Shown piece by piece: positions 51,321 to 61,010 of a DNA stretch of 64,000 nt (its first letter is position 1; every line of letters starts with the position of its first letter). A program made the translations under genes and the position numbers. The stretch is taken from assembly GCA_965261395.1 (NCBI GenBank), contig OZ253462.1:1728001-1792000 (forward strand), read 5' to 3'. The notes under the pieces are model-generated. The model searched no databases. It had not been told where the DNA came from and saw only the letters and a program-made list of their open reading frames with translations. The DNA is from Candidatus Latescibacterota bacterium (lineage in GTDB: Bacteria > Latescibacterota > UBA2968 > UBA8231).

Positions 51321-51405
51321 GGCTAACACGGGGGGGGTGCTCCGGTCGCTTCGCTCCCTCCGCATCAACCTGCTACGCAGGTTCACACCCCCCAAGACGT
51401 TAGAG
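51321..51405 (+). repeat. attC site 5
   Basis: GGCTAAC-acg-GGGGGGTG...CACCCCCC-aagac-GTTAGAG; internal hairpin AACCTGC/GCAGGTT. Confidence 0.82.
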
Positions 51406-51575
51406 GCGTTCTTAAAACTAGGGTTTCGGTATCAACGAGATCGTGTTGGGGAAACGAGGTATTACTGCTGATACGGCCCTGAGCACTCTATGCGCGTTGT
51501 GTGGACATAGCAACGGAAAGATGCCATTCCCAGTTGCAACAGTTGCGCGCGGCGTCTTCGTCATTCCGCACTTAT

Positions 51576-52625
51576 TCAGACGAGCGTCAAGTCGGCCCGG
51601 TGGCCCTCTTCGAGAAAGGCGGTCAGCAGATCCACGGCTGCTTGCAAGTCGCCTTTGTCAACCAGCTCGACCGAGGTGTGAATGTAGCGAGTCGGCACTG
51701 AAATCGTCGCCACTGGCACACCAGTACGGACCCTTTGCATGGCACCGGCGTCCGTGCCGCCTAGAGGGAGGATTTCCAATTGGCACTCAATTTTCCTCTT
51801 CTTCGCTAGCCCTCTGAGCTGAGCCACCAAGCCTGGGTGCGAGATCGCCGACGAGTCCAGCAGTTTAATCGCTGCGCCCTGCCCTAAGCGCGTCACCTGC
51901 TCGTGCTCGGGTATCCCCGGAATATCGGCCGCCAGCGTCACGTCGAGGGCTACCCCCAGGTCCGGCTCGACCCCAAACGCGCTTACCTGCGCGCCCCGCA
52001 AGCCAACCTCCTCCTGCACAGTGGCCACCGCATAGGTCTCACAGCCAAAGGTCTTGGCCTGCTGCATGGCGCGGATCATCACGTAGAGCGCAACCCGATC
52101 GTCCATGGCCTTACAGGAAACTCCGTCGCCGATCTCGGCGAAATCCCGCTGCAACGTCACCATCGCACCAAGCTCGACCTCGCGCTTGACCTTGGCAGGT
52201 GACAGGTACAGATCGACGATAAAGTCGCTGATGGCCAACTTGGCATCGCGGTCGGCCGCCGTCTGGATGTGCGGTGGTTTAATACCTGGGTAGAGCAAAC
52301 CCGGTAGATCGCGCTTCTTGCCCCTGACGACGACCCTTTGGGCCACCATATTGCGCGGGTCGTGCCCGCCTAAGGGCACCAGCCGCAAAAGGCCCCGCTC
52401 GTCGATGTGTGAAACCACGAAACCGATCTCGTCCATGTGCGCGGCGATCATCAGCTTCTTGGCCTTTTTGCCCTTGCTCGCCTTCTTCACAGCGATCAGG
52501 TTGCCCAAGGCATCCACCCGCATCTCGTCGGTCAGGGGCGCGAGCTCCCGCCGCACGATCTCGCGCAGCCGATCCTCTCGGCCGGGAACCCCCGCACTTT
52601 CGCATAGCTCTTTGAGTAGCTTCAA
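51576..52625 (-). CDS. M42 family metallo-aminopeptidase (TET/Frv-like)
   Basis: AAHMDEIG, KAMDDR, VQEEVGLRGA, LDVT, GGTDAG, RYIHT; probable TTG start. Confidence 0.92.
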   Translation of the reverse strand: MKLLKELCESAGVPGREDRLREIVRRELAPLTDEMRVDALGNLIAVKKASKGKKAKKLMIAAHMDEIGFVVSHIDERGLLRLVPLGGHDPRNMVAQRVVVRGKKRDLPGLLYPGIKPPHIQTAADRDAKLAISDFIVDLYLSPAKVKREVELGAMVTLQRDFAEIGDGVSCKAMDDRVALYVMIRAMQQAKTFGCETYAVATVQEEVGLRGAQVSAFGVEPDLGVALDVTLAADIPGIPEHEQVTRLGQGAAIKLLDSSAISHPGLVAQLRGLAKKRKIECQLEILPLGGTDAGAMQRVRTGVPVATISVPTRYIHTSVELVDKGDLQAAVDLLTAFLEEGHRADLTLV

Positions 52626-52641
52626 TTGGCATTCCTTATCA

Positions 52642-53196
52642 TCAGGGCTTGACGAGCCTGAAGGACGCGAAAAACCGCTCGATATCCGAGGGGTCGTCAA
52701 ACGCATAGGGTGCTCCGACCGCCATCAAGCTATAGAGCCGTTGGCCCACCTGTAGGCACTGCAATCTCAGCAGGCTTTCGTCCTCAGCTTGTATCTGCGT
52801 CTGCCAAGCGGAATGCCCGTCCATCTCAACGGCGGCTTCCGACAGGATCGTCCCCTTCACCTTCCGCAAGATGGCATCGCGGCGCGCGGCAATCGCACTA
52901 TCGGCTGGGACGGTCTCGGGCACGTCCCCATAGGCAACAGCGTATTGCACGTCGTCGCGCTCGAACATCAGGTATTGGAACTCTACCTCGCCAAAGGACA
53001 ACGGCTCGCGTAGCTTGCGCAGATTGGGCCGGCCGGCCACCTGTACGGTGAAGTCCCCCGGCTCATAGCTCCGCTCCTCCCATTCCGGCGCGCCGCGCAC
53101 CCAATTAACGACATTGTAGGCCGCAATGGCTCCTAGGACGACCAAGAAGAGCTTGACGGACGATAGGTCCGTTTTGGTCTTAGGTGCTCGGCCCAT
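52642..53196 (-). CDS. hypothetical membrane-anchored protein
   Basis: Single N-terminal TM segment; C-terminal IERFFASFRL; tight operon spacing. Confidence 0.65.
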   Translation of the reverse strand: MGRAPKTKTDLSSVKLFLVVLGAIAAYNVVNWVRGAPEWEERSYEPGDFTVQVAGRPNLRKLREPLSFGEVEFQYLMFERDDVQYAVAYGDVPETVPADSAIAARRDAILRKVKGTILSEAAVEMDGHSAWQTQIQAEDESLLRLQCLQVGQRLYSLMAVGAPYAFDDPSDIERFFASFRLVKP

Positions 53197-53200
53197 CGGG

Positions 53201-54019
53201 TCAGGCCAGTCCCAGCTTCTCTTCGGCGCTGTCTGCTGGGATATAGCCCAAGACCTCGCGTGGGTGGTCAATATCGACCCAGCGCCAGCGGTTGTTGGAC
53301 ACTCCGTAAAAAATATCAAAGCGCAAGTCCGCGGACGCTTCGATGGCGCGCTGCACGAGTTGTACCACGTCGCGCTGGCTGCACCAGGTAGCCCCGCCCC
53401 GCTCGTCGCGCGGATGGTCCTCGGCATTGACCCAGCCGATGCGCAAACAGGGCACCGACATATTGTGTACGTCGACGTAGTAGCGCGCTAGGGCCTCGCC
53501 CCAAATTTTGGTCGCCGGATAGAGGCCAGTCGGCCGATGCGGCCACTCGTGAGTCACGGCCTGTACCTGACCGGCATTGACCGCGTCGAAGCGCCCTTCG
53601 GAGATTGCTTTGTACGGATCCTCTTGCTGGTAGCCCCAAGACACCATGATCGAGCTGGCGAAGACCACTCTCCTGACGCCAGCGCGGCGCGCAGCCTCTA
53701 GCACATTGCGCGGCCCGACTATATTGCTGCCGAGCAAGCTCTCCCAGCTAGCGTCTGGCCGCGGGTCGGCTGCCAGTTGCACGACCACGTCCATACCCTC
53801 GACGGCCTTTGCTATCGCGTTGTAATCGGTCAGGTCTGCGAGGGTGAATTTCTCTGCGGGAATTTCCAACTCTGCGTTTCTGGGAGTCCGCTCCGAAAGC
53901 TGGGACCGCCGCGCTAGGCCATAGACATCATAGCGGTCGGGTTGGGTGCGCAGATGCCGATACGTAGCCCCGGCGATTAATCCGTAAACGCCGGTAATTA
54001 AGACTTTCTTGGGGACCAT
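53201..54019 (-). CDS. NAD-dependent epimerase/dehydratase (uronate dehydrogenase-like)
   Basis: VLITGVYGLIA, VVFASS, YPATK (YxxxK), LRIG. Confidence 0.85.
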   Translation of the reverse strand: MVPKKVLITGVYGLIAGATYRHLRTQPDRYDVYGLARRSQLSERTPRNAELEIPAEKFTLADLTDYNAIAKAVEGMDVVVQLAADPRPDASWESLLGSNIVGPRNVLEAARRAGVRRVVFASSIMVSWGYQQEDPYKAISEGRFDAVNAGQVQAVTHEWPHRPTGLYPATKIWGEALARYYVDVHNMSVPCLRIGWVNAEDHPRDERGGATWCSQRDVVQLVQRAIEASADLRFDIFYGVSNNRWRWVDIDHPREVLGYIPADSAEEKLGLA

Positions 54020-54039
54020 AGCTCCTCTTCTCCTCTATC

Positions 54040-54585
54040 TCATCCGATGGCGGCGATGTAGCGCAGGGCGCGGTAGCGCTGGTCGCAATCCATGCCGTAG
54101 CCGACGACGAACGTGTCTTCAATTTCAAAACCACAATAATCTATCTGCACTGGAAACTCCCTGCGGGCGCGTTTGTCCAGCAACGTACATGCTCTGAGCG
54201 AAAGAGGTTGCCGCGACTTTATCATGGCCATTACAAAATCTAGGGATCGGCCCGTATCGACTATGCCATCGACGATTAGCACGTCTCGCCCGGCCACTGC
54301 GACGACGAGGTCTTTGGTCAGCTCGATCTGTCCGGTGTGCTCTGTGCCTCGGTAGCTCGAAACACCGACAAAGTCGTAGTCCAATCGTGCCAACAGCTCC
54401 TCGGGCAAGTGGTCCATCAGAGCCATCATAAACTGCATGGCTCCGTTGAGGAGGCCGACAAACAAAGGAGCCGCCCCAGCGTAGTCGGCGGCTAGTAGCT
54501 GGGCCAACTCGCCGATGCGCCGCTCTACTTGTTGGCGCTCGATTAGCACTCTTAAGGCGGGAGTTTCCAACGGACTGCGGAGCAT
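54040..54585 (-). CDS. hpt: hypoxanthine phosphoribosyltransferase-like protein
   Basis: VSSYRG, LIVDGIVDTGRSL (PRPP loop variant), LLDK, FVVGYGMD. Confidence 0.8.
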   Translation of the reverse strand: MLRSPLETPALRVLIERQQVERRIGELAQLLAADYAGAAPLFVGLLNGAMQFMMALMDHLPEELLARLDYDFVGVSSYRGTEHTGQIELTKDLVVAVAGRDVLIVDGIVDTGRSLDFVMAMIKSRQPLSLRACTLLDKRARREFPVQIDYCGFEIEDTFVVGYGMDCDQRYRALRYIAAIG

Positions 54586-54618
54586 GCCTTTGATTATACG
54601 GCATGGACTGGTTTTTGC

Positions 54619-54652
54619 AAACAAAAGGCACCGGAGCAAAAACTCCGGCGCC
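54619..54652 (-). terminator. intrinsic terminator after the recA transcription unit
   Basis: GGCACCGGAG-caaaaa-CTCCGGCGCC hairpin; A-rich 5' flank gives a U-tract on the minus strand. Confidence 0.65.
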
Positions 54653-54693
54653 CGTGTTGGCCCACCCTAAAGGCTGGCTGTGTCGCGGCTTGG

Positions 54694-54957
54694 TCAGGCG
54701 GCTTGCCGGGTGTTGTGCAGCATTTCCGGATCCGGATCTAAGAGCGCCTCGGCGGGGATGCTGGGTTGCTCGGGCACCTTTAGGGCGGCAGCCGCCACCA
54801 AGGTACTCAGCTCGTCGGCGCAGGACAGATCGAGCTCGCCGCGCTGGTAGGCGGCGTCGATGTGCTCGCACAGCAACGCCAAGTCGGCCCAAGAGCGAGC
54901 GCGGCCAATGCGCGCTTGCAAGGGGATGGCCGTGGGGTTTAGTCTGGCAGTCTGCAT
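54694..54957 (-). CDS. small hypothetical protein downstream of recA
   Basis: 87 aa, strong RBS AGGAGGTG, lies between recA and a terminator. Confidence 0.7.
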   Translation of the reverse strand: MQTARLNPTAIPLQARIGRARSWADLALLCEHIDAAYQRGELDLSCADELSTLVAAAALKVPEQPSIPAEALLDPDPEMLHNTRQAA

Positions 54958-55071
54958 GATTTCACCTCCTTGGGGGAGTTAAGGAGTACGCGCGGGTGCG
55001 AGGCGCTGCGGCCGCCTTGGCGTGGGGTCACCAAAGCAGCCTTGGCACCTCGACCCGCGAGAGCGCAGAGG

Positions 55072-56154
55072 CTAGGCCAGTTCGGCCTCTGCTTCTTTGT
55101 GTTCAGGCACTTCTGCGACCTTCAGGTTGAGGGCTTGGCGCACCTCGGTCTCTAGGCGCGTGCGGACTTCGTGGTTGTCGCGGAGGAAGACGCGCGCGTT
55201 CTCGCGCCCCTGGCCCAGCCGTTCGTCACCGTAGGAAAACCAAGTGCCGCTTTTGGCCACAAAACCGCTGTCGACACCCAAGTCGAGCAGATCGGCCTCG
55301 CGCGATATGCCTACATCGTCACCGCGGAACATGATGTCGAACTCGGCCTCGCGGAAAGGAGGAGCGACCTTGTTCTTGACGACCTTGACGCGGGTGCGAC
55401 GACCGATGATCTCGTCGCCGTCCTTGATCGAGCCAATGCCGCGGATGTCGAGGCGAACCGAGGAATAGAAGTTTAGGGCACGACCGCCGGTGGTGGTCTC
55501 GGGACTGCCGAACATCACGCCGATCTTCATCCGCAATTGGTTGATAAAGATCACCGTGGTCCCTGACTTCTGAGACGACCCGGTGAGCTTGCGCAGGGCT
55601 TGGGACATCAGCCGCGCTTGCAACCCTACGTGGGAGTCGCCCATATCGCCTTCGAGCTCGGCCTTGGGCACTAGCGCTGCTACCGAATCGATCACGACGA
55701 GATCGAGGGCACCGCTGCGCACCAGCGTATCCGTAATCTCTAGGGCCTCTTCGCCCGAATCCGGCTGTGAGACGAGCAAATTGTCGATATCAACGCCCAG
55801 CCGACGGGCAAAATTCACGTCGAGCGCGTGTTCGGCGTCGATGAAAGCTGCCGTGCCGGTTTGTTGCGCCTGGGAGACGATGTGCAACGCCAGCATGGTC
55901 TTGCCCGCGGCTTCAGACCCGAAAAGCTCGACGACCCGGCCTCTGGGCACTCCGCCGACCCCGAGGGCCGCGTCTAGCGAAATGGCACCAGTGGAAATGA
56001 CTTCGATGTCCATTGCCGCTGACTCGCCTAACCGCATGATGGCCCCTTTGCCAAACTGCCGTTCGATCTGAGCGAGCGCCAAGCCGATGGCCTTGTCCTT
56101 ATCCTCGCCGAAGGGCTTGCCGTTAGCACTGGCCCTGCCTTTGCCCGCTACCAT
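55072..56154 (-). CDS. recA: recombinase RecA (with unusual substitutions)
   Basis: [55 protein letters not shown]. Confidence 0.97.
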   Translation of the reverse strand: MVAGKGRASANGKPFGEDKDKAIGLALAQIERQFGKGAIMRLGESAAMDIEVISTGAISLDAALGVGGVPRGRVVELFGSEAAGKTMLALHIVSQAQQTGTAAFIDAEHALDVNFARRLGVDIDNLLVSQPDSGEEALEITDTLVRSGALDLVVIDSVAALVPKAELEGDMGDSHVGLQARLMSQALRKLTGSSQKSGTTVIFINQLRMKIGVMFGSPETTTGGRALNFYSSVRLDIRGIGSIKDGDEIIGRRTRVKVVKNKVAPPFREAEFDIMFRGDDVGISREADLLDLGVDSGFVAKSGTWFSYGDERLGQGRENARVFLRDNHEVRTRLETEVRQALNLKVAEVPEHKEAEAELA

Positions 56155-56197
56155 GATTTCCTCCTCGCGTGTCCTATGAGATGTTTATTACACCGCC

Positions 56198-56246
56198 ACC
56201 TGAACAACCTGAACAAAAAGATAGTGAATCAATGTTCAGGTGTCAA
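56198..56246 (-). promoter_or_regulatory. recA sigma-70 promoter overlapped by three 9-bp repeats
   Basis: TTGACA (56246-56241), 17-nt spacer, TATCTT (56223-56218); ACCTGAACA at 56198 and 56207, inverted TGTTCAGGT at 56233. Confidence 0.8.
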
Positions 56247-56418
56247 GCGTTTTTTAATTGAAGCAGATTAAACTGCCCTACCCATTTATAACAAATGCCG
56301 TGCCAAGCGGCAAGAATACACACAATTTATTGTTTAATAATATGTTAGGAAAAGGAGAAGAATGCTGCGGAAACCAAAATTTGGGATCTACGAGGAACAG
56401 CTCTGTGAAGAAAAGGGA

Positions 56419-57792
56419 CTAGCTTGAGCCAAATGCGAGCGCTTCGACCGCCTCCAGCCCCCCCACCCCAACCACCTCCATCCCCTCCGGCCGCTTCCAA
56501 CCCTGCAAGTTGCTCCGTGCCACCAAACACTGCTCAAACCCCAAACTCCGCGCCTCGGCCACCCGCCGGTCAATCTGGTTCACCGGCCGGATTTCCCCCC
56601 CCAACCCGACCTCGCCAATGGCCACGGTCTTCGCGTCAATGGGCTTGTTGCGGAAGCTCGAGATAATCGCCAGCCCCACCCCCATATCCACCGCTGGCTC
56701 GTCGAGGCGGATGCCCCCTACGACATTGACGAAAATGTCCTCGCTCGACAGGTCGTGGCCGCAGCGCTTTTCGAGCACCGCGATAATAATCGAGAGCCGC
56801 TTGGCGTCGATGCCGGTCGCGACCCGCTGCGGATAGCCAAAACTAGAGCGCGAGACGAGGGCCTGAATTTCGATCAAGAGCGGCCGAGTGCCCTCCATGC
56901 TACAGACGATGGCCGAACCCGACACGCCTTCGGCGCGCTCGGCCAGCAGAAGCTTGGAGGGATTGGAGACCTCGATGAGCCCTTGGTCCCGCATCTCAAA
57001 AATCCCGATCTCGTTGGTCGAACCAAAGCGATTTTTGGCGGCGCGGAGAATGCGGAAGTGGTGGTGCCGCTCGCCCTCTAAATAGAGTACGGTATCGACC
57101 AAGTGCTCCAGCACCCGTGGCCCGGCGACCGTGCCCTCTTTCGTCACGTGTCCCACCAAAAACGTGGGAATGCCGCTCTCTTTGGCCAAATAAACGAGCC
57201 GCGCAGCGCACTCGCGCACTTGGGTCACGCTGCCGGGCGCGCTCTCCAACTCGGGCATGTAAATGGTCTGGATCGAGTCGATGACGACAGCCAGCGGGCT
57301 AGCGGATCGCAACTGGTCGAGAATGGCCGCGAGACTGGTCTCGGCCATCACGTGCAGGCTTTCGCACAACGCTCCCAAGCGCCCGGCGCGCAGGCGGATC
57401 TGCGCGGGCGACTCCTCGGCGGAAATGTACGCGATGCGAAAATCAGAGGCTGCTAGCTGTCCGGCCATCTGCAACAGAAGCGTCGATTTGCCGATGCCTG
57501 GATCGCCGCCGACTAAGACGACCGAACCGGGCATGATGCCGCCACCTAGGACCCGGTCGAACTCGGAGATGCCGATTTGCAGCCGCTCGTGGTCTTGGTC
57601 ATCGACTTGAGTGATGGGCTGCAATTGGGCGCGGGGTGATACCGTTAGATGTTCTCGCCGACTGTCGGGTGCTTGGGGCCGCTCTTCGACGCAAGTGTTC
57701 CATTCGCCGCAGGCCGCACAGCGCCCAAACCAGCGCGCGGCACTGTGGCCGCAGGACTGACAGACGTAAGAGGAACGGTTCTTTTTGGCCAT
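56419..57792 (-). CDS. radA: DNA repair protein RadA/Sms
   Basis: CQSC...CAAC Zn finger, GDPGIGKST, KNRFG, Lon-like C-terminus. Confidence 0.96.
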   Translation of the reverse strand: MAKKNRSSYVCQSCGHSAARWFGRCAACGEWNTCVEERPQAPDSRREHLTVSPRAQLQPITQVDDQDHERLQIGISEFDRVLGGGIMPGSVVLVGGDPGIGKSTLLLQMAGQLAASDFRIAYISAEESPAQIRLRAGRLGALCESLHVMAETSLAAILDQLRSASPLAVVIDSIQTIYMPELESAPGSVTQVRECAARLVYLAKESGIPTFLVGHVTKEGTVAGPRVLEHLVDTVLYLEGERHHHFRILRAAKNRFGSTNEIGIFEMRDQGLIEVSNPSKLLLAERAEGVSGSAIVCSMEGTRPLLIEIQALVSRSSFGYPQRVATGIDAKRLSIIIAVLEKRCGHDLSSEDIFVNVVGGIRLDEPAVDMGVGLAIISSFRNKPIDAKTVAIGEVGLGGEIRPVNQIDRRVAEARSLGFEQCLVARSNLQGWKRPEGMEVVGVGGLEAVEALAFGSS

Positions 57793-57806
57793 GGCCCTCA
57801 ACTCGT

Positions 57807-58670
57807 CTAAGCAGCCGTACGCGCGACAACGACTCGGGGGATTTGGTTTAAGTCCGGTCTTATCTGAACCTCAGTCAAGCGTTCAGACCGCGCAAGTAGG
57901 TCCTCCACGGCCGCGCTTTGGCCGTCTCCTACCTCTAGAAGTAGATAGCCTCCGGGACGAATAAATTCAGCAGCCTCCTGCGCGATGCGGCGATAGTACA
58001 CCAAGCCGTCCTCGCCCCCATCTAGCGCGAGATGAGGTTCGTGGTCGCGAACTTCCGGCGCTAGTTGCACCAAGTCGCTACGGCGCACATACGGCGGATT
58101 GGCCACGACGAGGTCAAAAGGCTCGGTACCGCAAAGGGGCGCGAAAAGATCGCCGCAGTGCCACTCGACGCGCTCAGCTAGCCCGCAGCGCTGGCCGTTG
58201 GCCTTCGCTACTTCTAAAGCAGCGTCCGATACGTCGGCTGCCACTACCTCGGCCGCTGCCGCCTCTTGGGCCAGCGACAGGGCGACCGCGCCTGAGCCGC
58301 AACACAGGTCGAGGACCCGGCCGTCTTCGGGCAAAAACTCCAAGGCCGCATCGACGAGCACTTCGGTCTCGGGGCGCGGGATCAACACCACGGGCGTCAC
58401 GGCCAGTTCTAGATGGCGAAAGGCGGCCACACCCGTGATGTACTGCACGGGCACGTGCTGCAACCGCTGGCGCACGTATTCTCGGTAGCGATCCACTTCA
58501 CTGCGGTGCAAGGGGCGTTCAAATTGCAAGTAGAGATCAAGGCGTTTGACACCGAGCACCGCGGCGAGCAGCAGCTCCGCTTGTAGGCGGGCGTTTTCCA
58601 ACCCCTTCGACGCGAAGAAACGACTCGTGTTTTCGAGGATATCGAGCAGCCGCCAAGAGCGCCCGCTCAT
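57807..58670 (-). CDS. prmC: release factor glutamine methyltransferase
   Basis: LIPRPETE, LDLCCGSG, NPPY, ALDGG.DGL. Confidence 0.95.
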   Translation of the reverse strand: MSGRSWRLLDILENTSRFFASKGLENARLQAELLLAAVLGVKRLDLYLQFERPLHRSEVDRYREYVRQRLQHVPVQYITGVAAFRHLELAVTPVVLIPRPETEVLVDAALEFLPEDGRVLDLCCGSGAVALSLAQEAAAAEVVAADVSDAALEVAKANGQRCGLAERVEWHCGDLFAPLCGTEPFDLVVANPPYVRRSDLVQLAPEVRDHEPHLALDGGEDGLVYYRRIAQEAAEFIRPGGYLLLEVGDGQSAAVEDLLARSERLTEVQIRPDLNQIPRVVVARTAA

Positions 58671-59734
58671 AGGTCTGCCGCGAGCGCGTCCTGCTGAGAT
58701 GCGAGGGCCAATTGCTCTACGAATTTTTCAAAATCACCGTCGAGGATTTCCTCTAGGCGATAGAGGGACAAGCCGATGCGGTGGTCGGTGACCCGGCCCT
58801 GCGGGAAGTTGTAGGTGCGAATTTTCGCGCTGCGGTCGCCGGAGCCGATCTGGCCGGCGCGGGCGGCGTCGCGTTCGGCCTTTTGCTCGGCCTGCACTTT
58901 GTCGTAGAGCCGGGCGCGGAGGACCTTCAAGGCCTTGTTCTTGTTCTTTAGCTGCGACTTCTCGTCTTGACAGGAGACGATAATGCCCGTTGGGATATGG
59001 GTGATTTTCACGGCCGAATCCGTGGTGTTGACGCTCTGGCCACCAGGGCCGCTGGAGCGGTACACTTCGATTTTCAAATCATCAGGAGCGATTTCCACCT
59101 CCACCTCCTTGGCTTCGGGCAAGACCGCCACCGAGGCCGCCGACGTGTGAATCCGGCCCGAGGCTTCGGTTTTGGGAACCCGCTGCACGCGGTGTACCCC
59201 GCTTTCGAACTTGAGCTGGCCGAAGGCGTCCGCGCCCGAGACCGCGAACACCACCTCCTTAAAGCCGCCGGCCGGATTCTGACTAGAGGAAAGCTCCTCG
59301 GTTTTCAAGCCTTTGCGCTCGGCGAAGCGGTGATACATGCGGTATAGATCACTGGCGAAAAGCCCGGCTTCGTCGCCGCCGGTGCCGGCGCGGATCTCGA
59401 CGATGGCGTTGCGACCGTCGTTGGGGTCTTTGGGAATCAGCAGCACTTTGAGCGTTTCTTCTAGTTGCGCCACCTGTCCCCGCAGTTGGTCGCGTTCGGC
59501 CGCGGCCAATTCGACTAGCTCTGCATCGCTGCCATCGGCGATGATCTCCTCGGCCTCTGCGAGCTGTGCGAGTGCGGCGCGGTACTGGCCCGCTAAATCC
59601 ACCACTTCCTGCAAGTCGCCCATCTCCCGCGCCAGCTTCTGGTACTGAGTCGGATTTTGGGTTATGGCCGGATCGGCCATAAGCGCGCCTAGCTCCTCGT
59701 AGCGCTGCTCGTATTCGTTCAATTTATCTAACAC
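58667..59734 (-). CDS. prfA: peptide chain release factor 1
   Basis: GTGGDEA, VQRVPKTE (PxT), GPGGQSVNT, RTYNFPQ.RVTDHR. Confidence 0.97.
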   Translation of the reverse strand: MLDKLNEYEQRYEELGALMADPAITQNPTQYQKLAREMGDLQEVVDLAGQYRAALAQLAEAEEIIADGSDAELVELAAAERDQLRGQVAQLEETLKVLLIPKDPNDGRNAIVEIRAGTGGDEAGLFASDLYRMYHRFAERKGLKTEELSSSQNPAGGFKEVVFAVSGADAFGQLKFESGVHRVQRVPKTEASGRIHTSAASVAVLPEAKEVEVEIAPDDLKIEVYRSSGPGGQSVNTTDSAVKITHIPTGIIVSCQDEKSQLKNKNKALKVLRARLYDKVQAEQKAERDAARAGQIGSGDRSAKIRTYNFPQGRVTDHRIGLSLYRLEEILDGDFEKFVEQLALASQQDALAADL

Positions 59735-60675
59735 GATGGATTGGCCTCGACTTCTTCATTTAGGGCGCAACGCAGCGCAAACAGGGCGACCTCTAGCTGG
59801 TCGTCATCCGGCTCGCGGGTCGTAATGCGCTGTAACCACAGCCCTGGGGCACTCAGCAATCGGACCAGCGGGGCATTGCGCTTCTTGCCCGAGAACTTGA
59901 GCAACTCAAAGCTCGTCCCCGCGATAAAGGGCAGCACCGCAAAATGGGTGGCAAAGCGCTCAAGAAGGCTCTGCGTGTGCTCAAAGACGACCGGGAACAG
60001 CGAATCCACGCAGGCGAAAATTAGAATCGCAAAGAGCACTACGATCAGCATGAAACTGGTTCCGCAGCGCGGGTGCAGCCGACCGAAACCCCGCGCCGTT
60101 GCCACCGTCAGCTCGGCACCGGCCTCTAAAGTGAAGATGCTTTTATGTTCAGCACCGTGATATTGAAAAACTCGCTGGATTTCGCGCCACTGGCTTATCG
60201 CCCATAGGTAGAGGAGCAAAAGCGTCGCCCGCACGGCACCGGCCACTAGGTTGAATTCGAGAGCGTTCTCCTGTAAGCCGAAGAGCTGGGCAGCTAGCAG
60301 CGGCAAAAAGAAGAACAGGCCCACGCCCAATCCCACGGAAAATACCATCGTCGTCCACAAGGCCAATTGCTCCCGCCAGCTCTCCTGCTGCCGCTCGACC
60401 TTCCCCACTTCCTGTCTGGCGACATCGGCCGAGAAATTGAGGGCCTTCAGCCCGATGAGCATCATTTCAAAAAAAGAGAGGGCACCGCGTAATACGGGCA
60501 GGCCCAACAGGCGATAGCGCTGCGCTAGGGAATCGTAGGCTTCCTCGCGCACCACGATCTGGCGGTTGGCCGCCCGCACCGCGGTGACGATTTTGCCGGG
60601 CACGCGCATCATCACTCCTTCGATGACGGCTTGGCCGCCGACCGGTAGATCTTGTGTGAGTTGCTCTCTGTCCAT
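59728..60675 (-). CDS. DUF1385 (YqhQ-like) membrane protein
   Basis: VGGQAVIEGVMMR, YHGAEHK, HPRCGTSF, TTREPDD; conserved rpmE-DUF1385-prfA context. Confidence 0.92.
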   Translation of the reverse strand: MDREQLTQDLPVGGQAVIEGVMMRVPGKIVTAVRAANRQIVVREEAYDSLAQRYRLLGLPVLRGALSFFEMMLIGLKALNFSADVARQEVGKVERQQESWREQLALWTTMVFSVGLGVGLFFFLPLLAAQLFGLQENALEFNLVAGAVRATLLLLYLWAISQWREIQRVFQYHGAEHKSIFTLEAGAELTVATARGFGRLHPRCGTSFMLIVVLFAILIFACVDSLFPVVFEHTQSLLERFATHFAVLPFIAGTSFELLKFSGKKRNAPLVRLLSAPGLWLQRITTREPDDDQLEVALFALRCALNEEVEANPSC

Positions 60676-60752
60676 GGATTCGCGTACACGAAAAAGGCGA
60701 TACGATCGCCCTCGGGAGGACGTCCTATCACCTCTTTGCACGGAGTGAATAG

Positions 60753-61010
60753 CTAGGCTTGCGCGCTTGTGCCGTAGCGGCGATTGAACTGGTCGATGCG
60801 CCCGCCTCGATCCATGATCTGCTGGCGCTTGCCCGTGTAAAAAGGATGCGACGCCGAGCTGATTTCGACCCGAATCACCGGATAGGAATTCCCGTCTTCC
60901 CACTCCATCGTCTCTTCGGACTTCATCGTCGAACGCGACAGTACCTTATAGTCACAGCTAGTGTCGAGAAAGATAACCGTTTGGTACGGGGGATGCATGT
61001 CTTTTTGCAC
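60753..61010 (-). CDS. rpmE: 50S ribosomal protein L31, type B (zinc-independent)
   Basis: [14 protein letters not shown]...[10 protein letters not shown]...[10 protein letters not shown]; lacks the two CxxC-type pairs. Confidence 0.93.
   Translation of the reverse strand: MQKDMHPPYQTVIFLDTSCDYKVLSRSTMKSEETMEWEDGNSYPVIRVEISSASHPFYTGKRQQIMDRGGRIDQFNRRYGTSAQA

Larger units (their letters stand above)
47280..51405 (+). mobile_element. integron cassette array lacking an integrase in this window (CALIN)
   Basis: Five attC-like palindromes; cassette-start core sites complement the cassette-end inverse cores (GTTAACTG/CAGTTAAC, GTTATCGGC/GCCGATAAC, GTTAGCCGGC/GCCGGCTAAC, GTTCGC/GCGAAC); co-oriented single ORFs. 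Confidence 0.85.
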
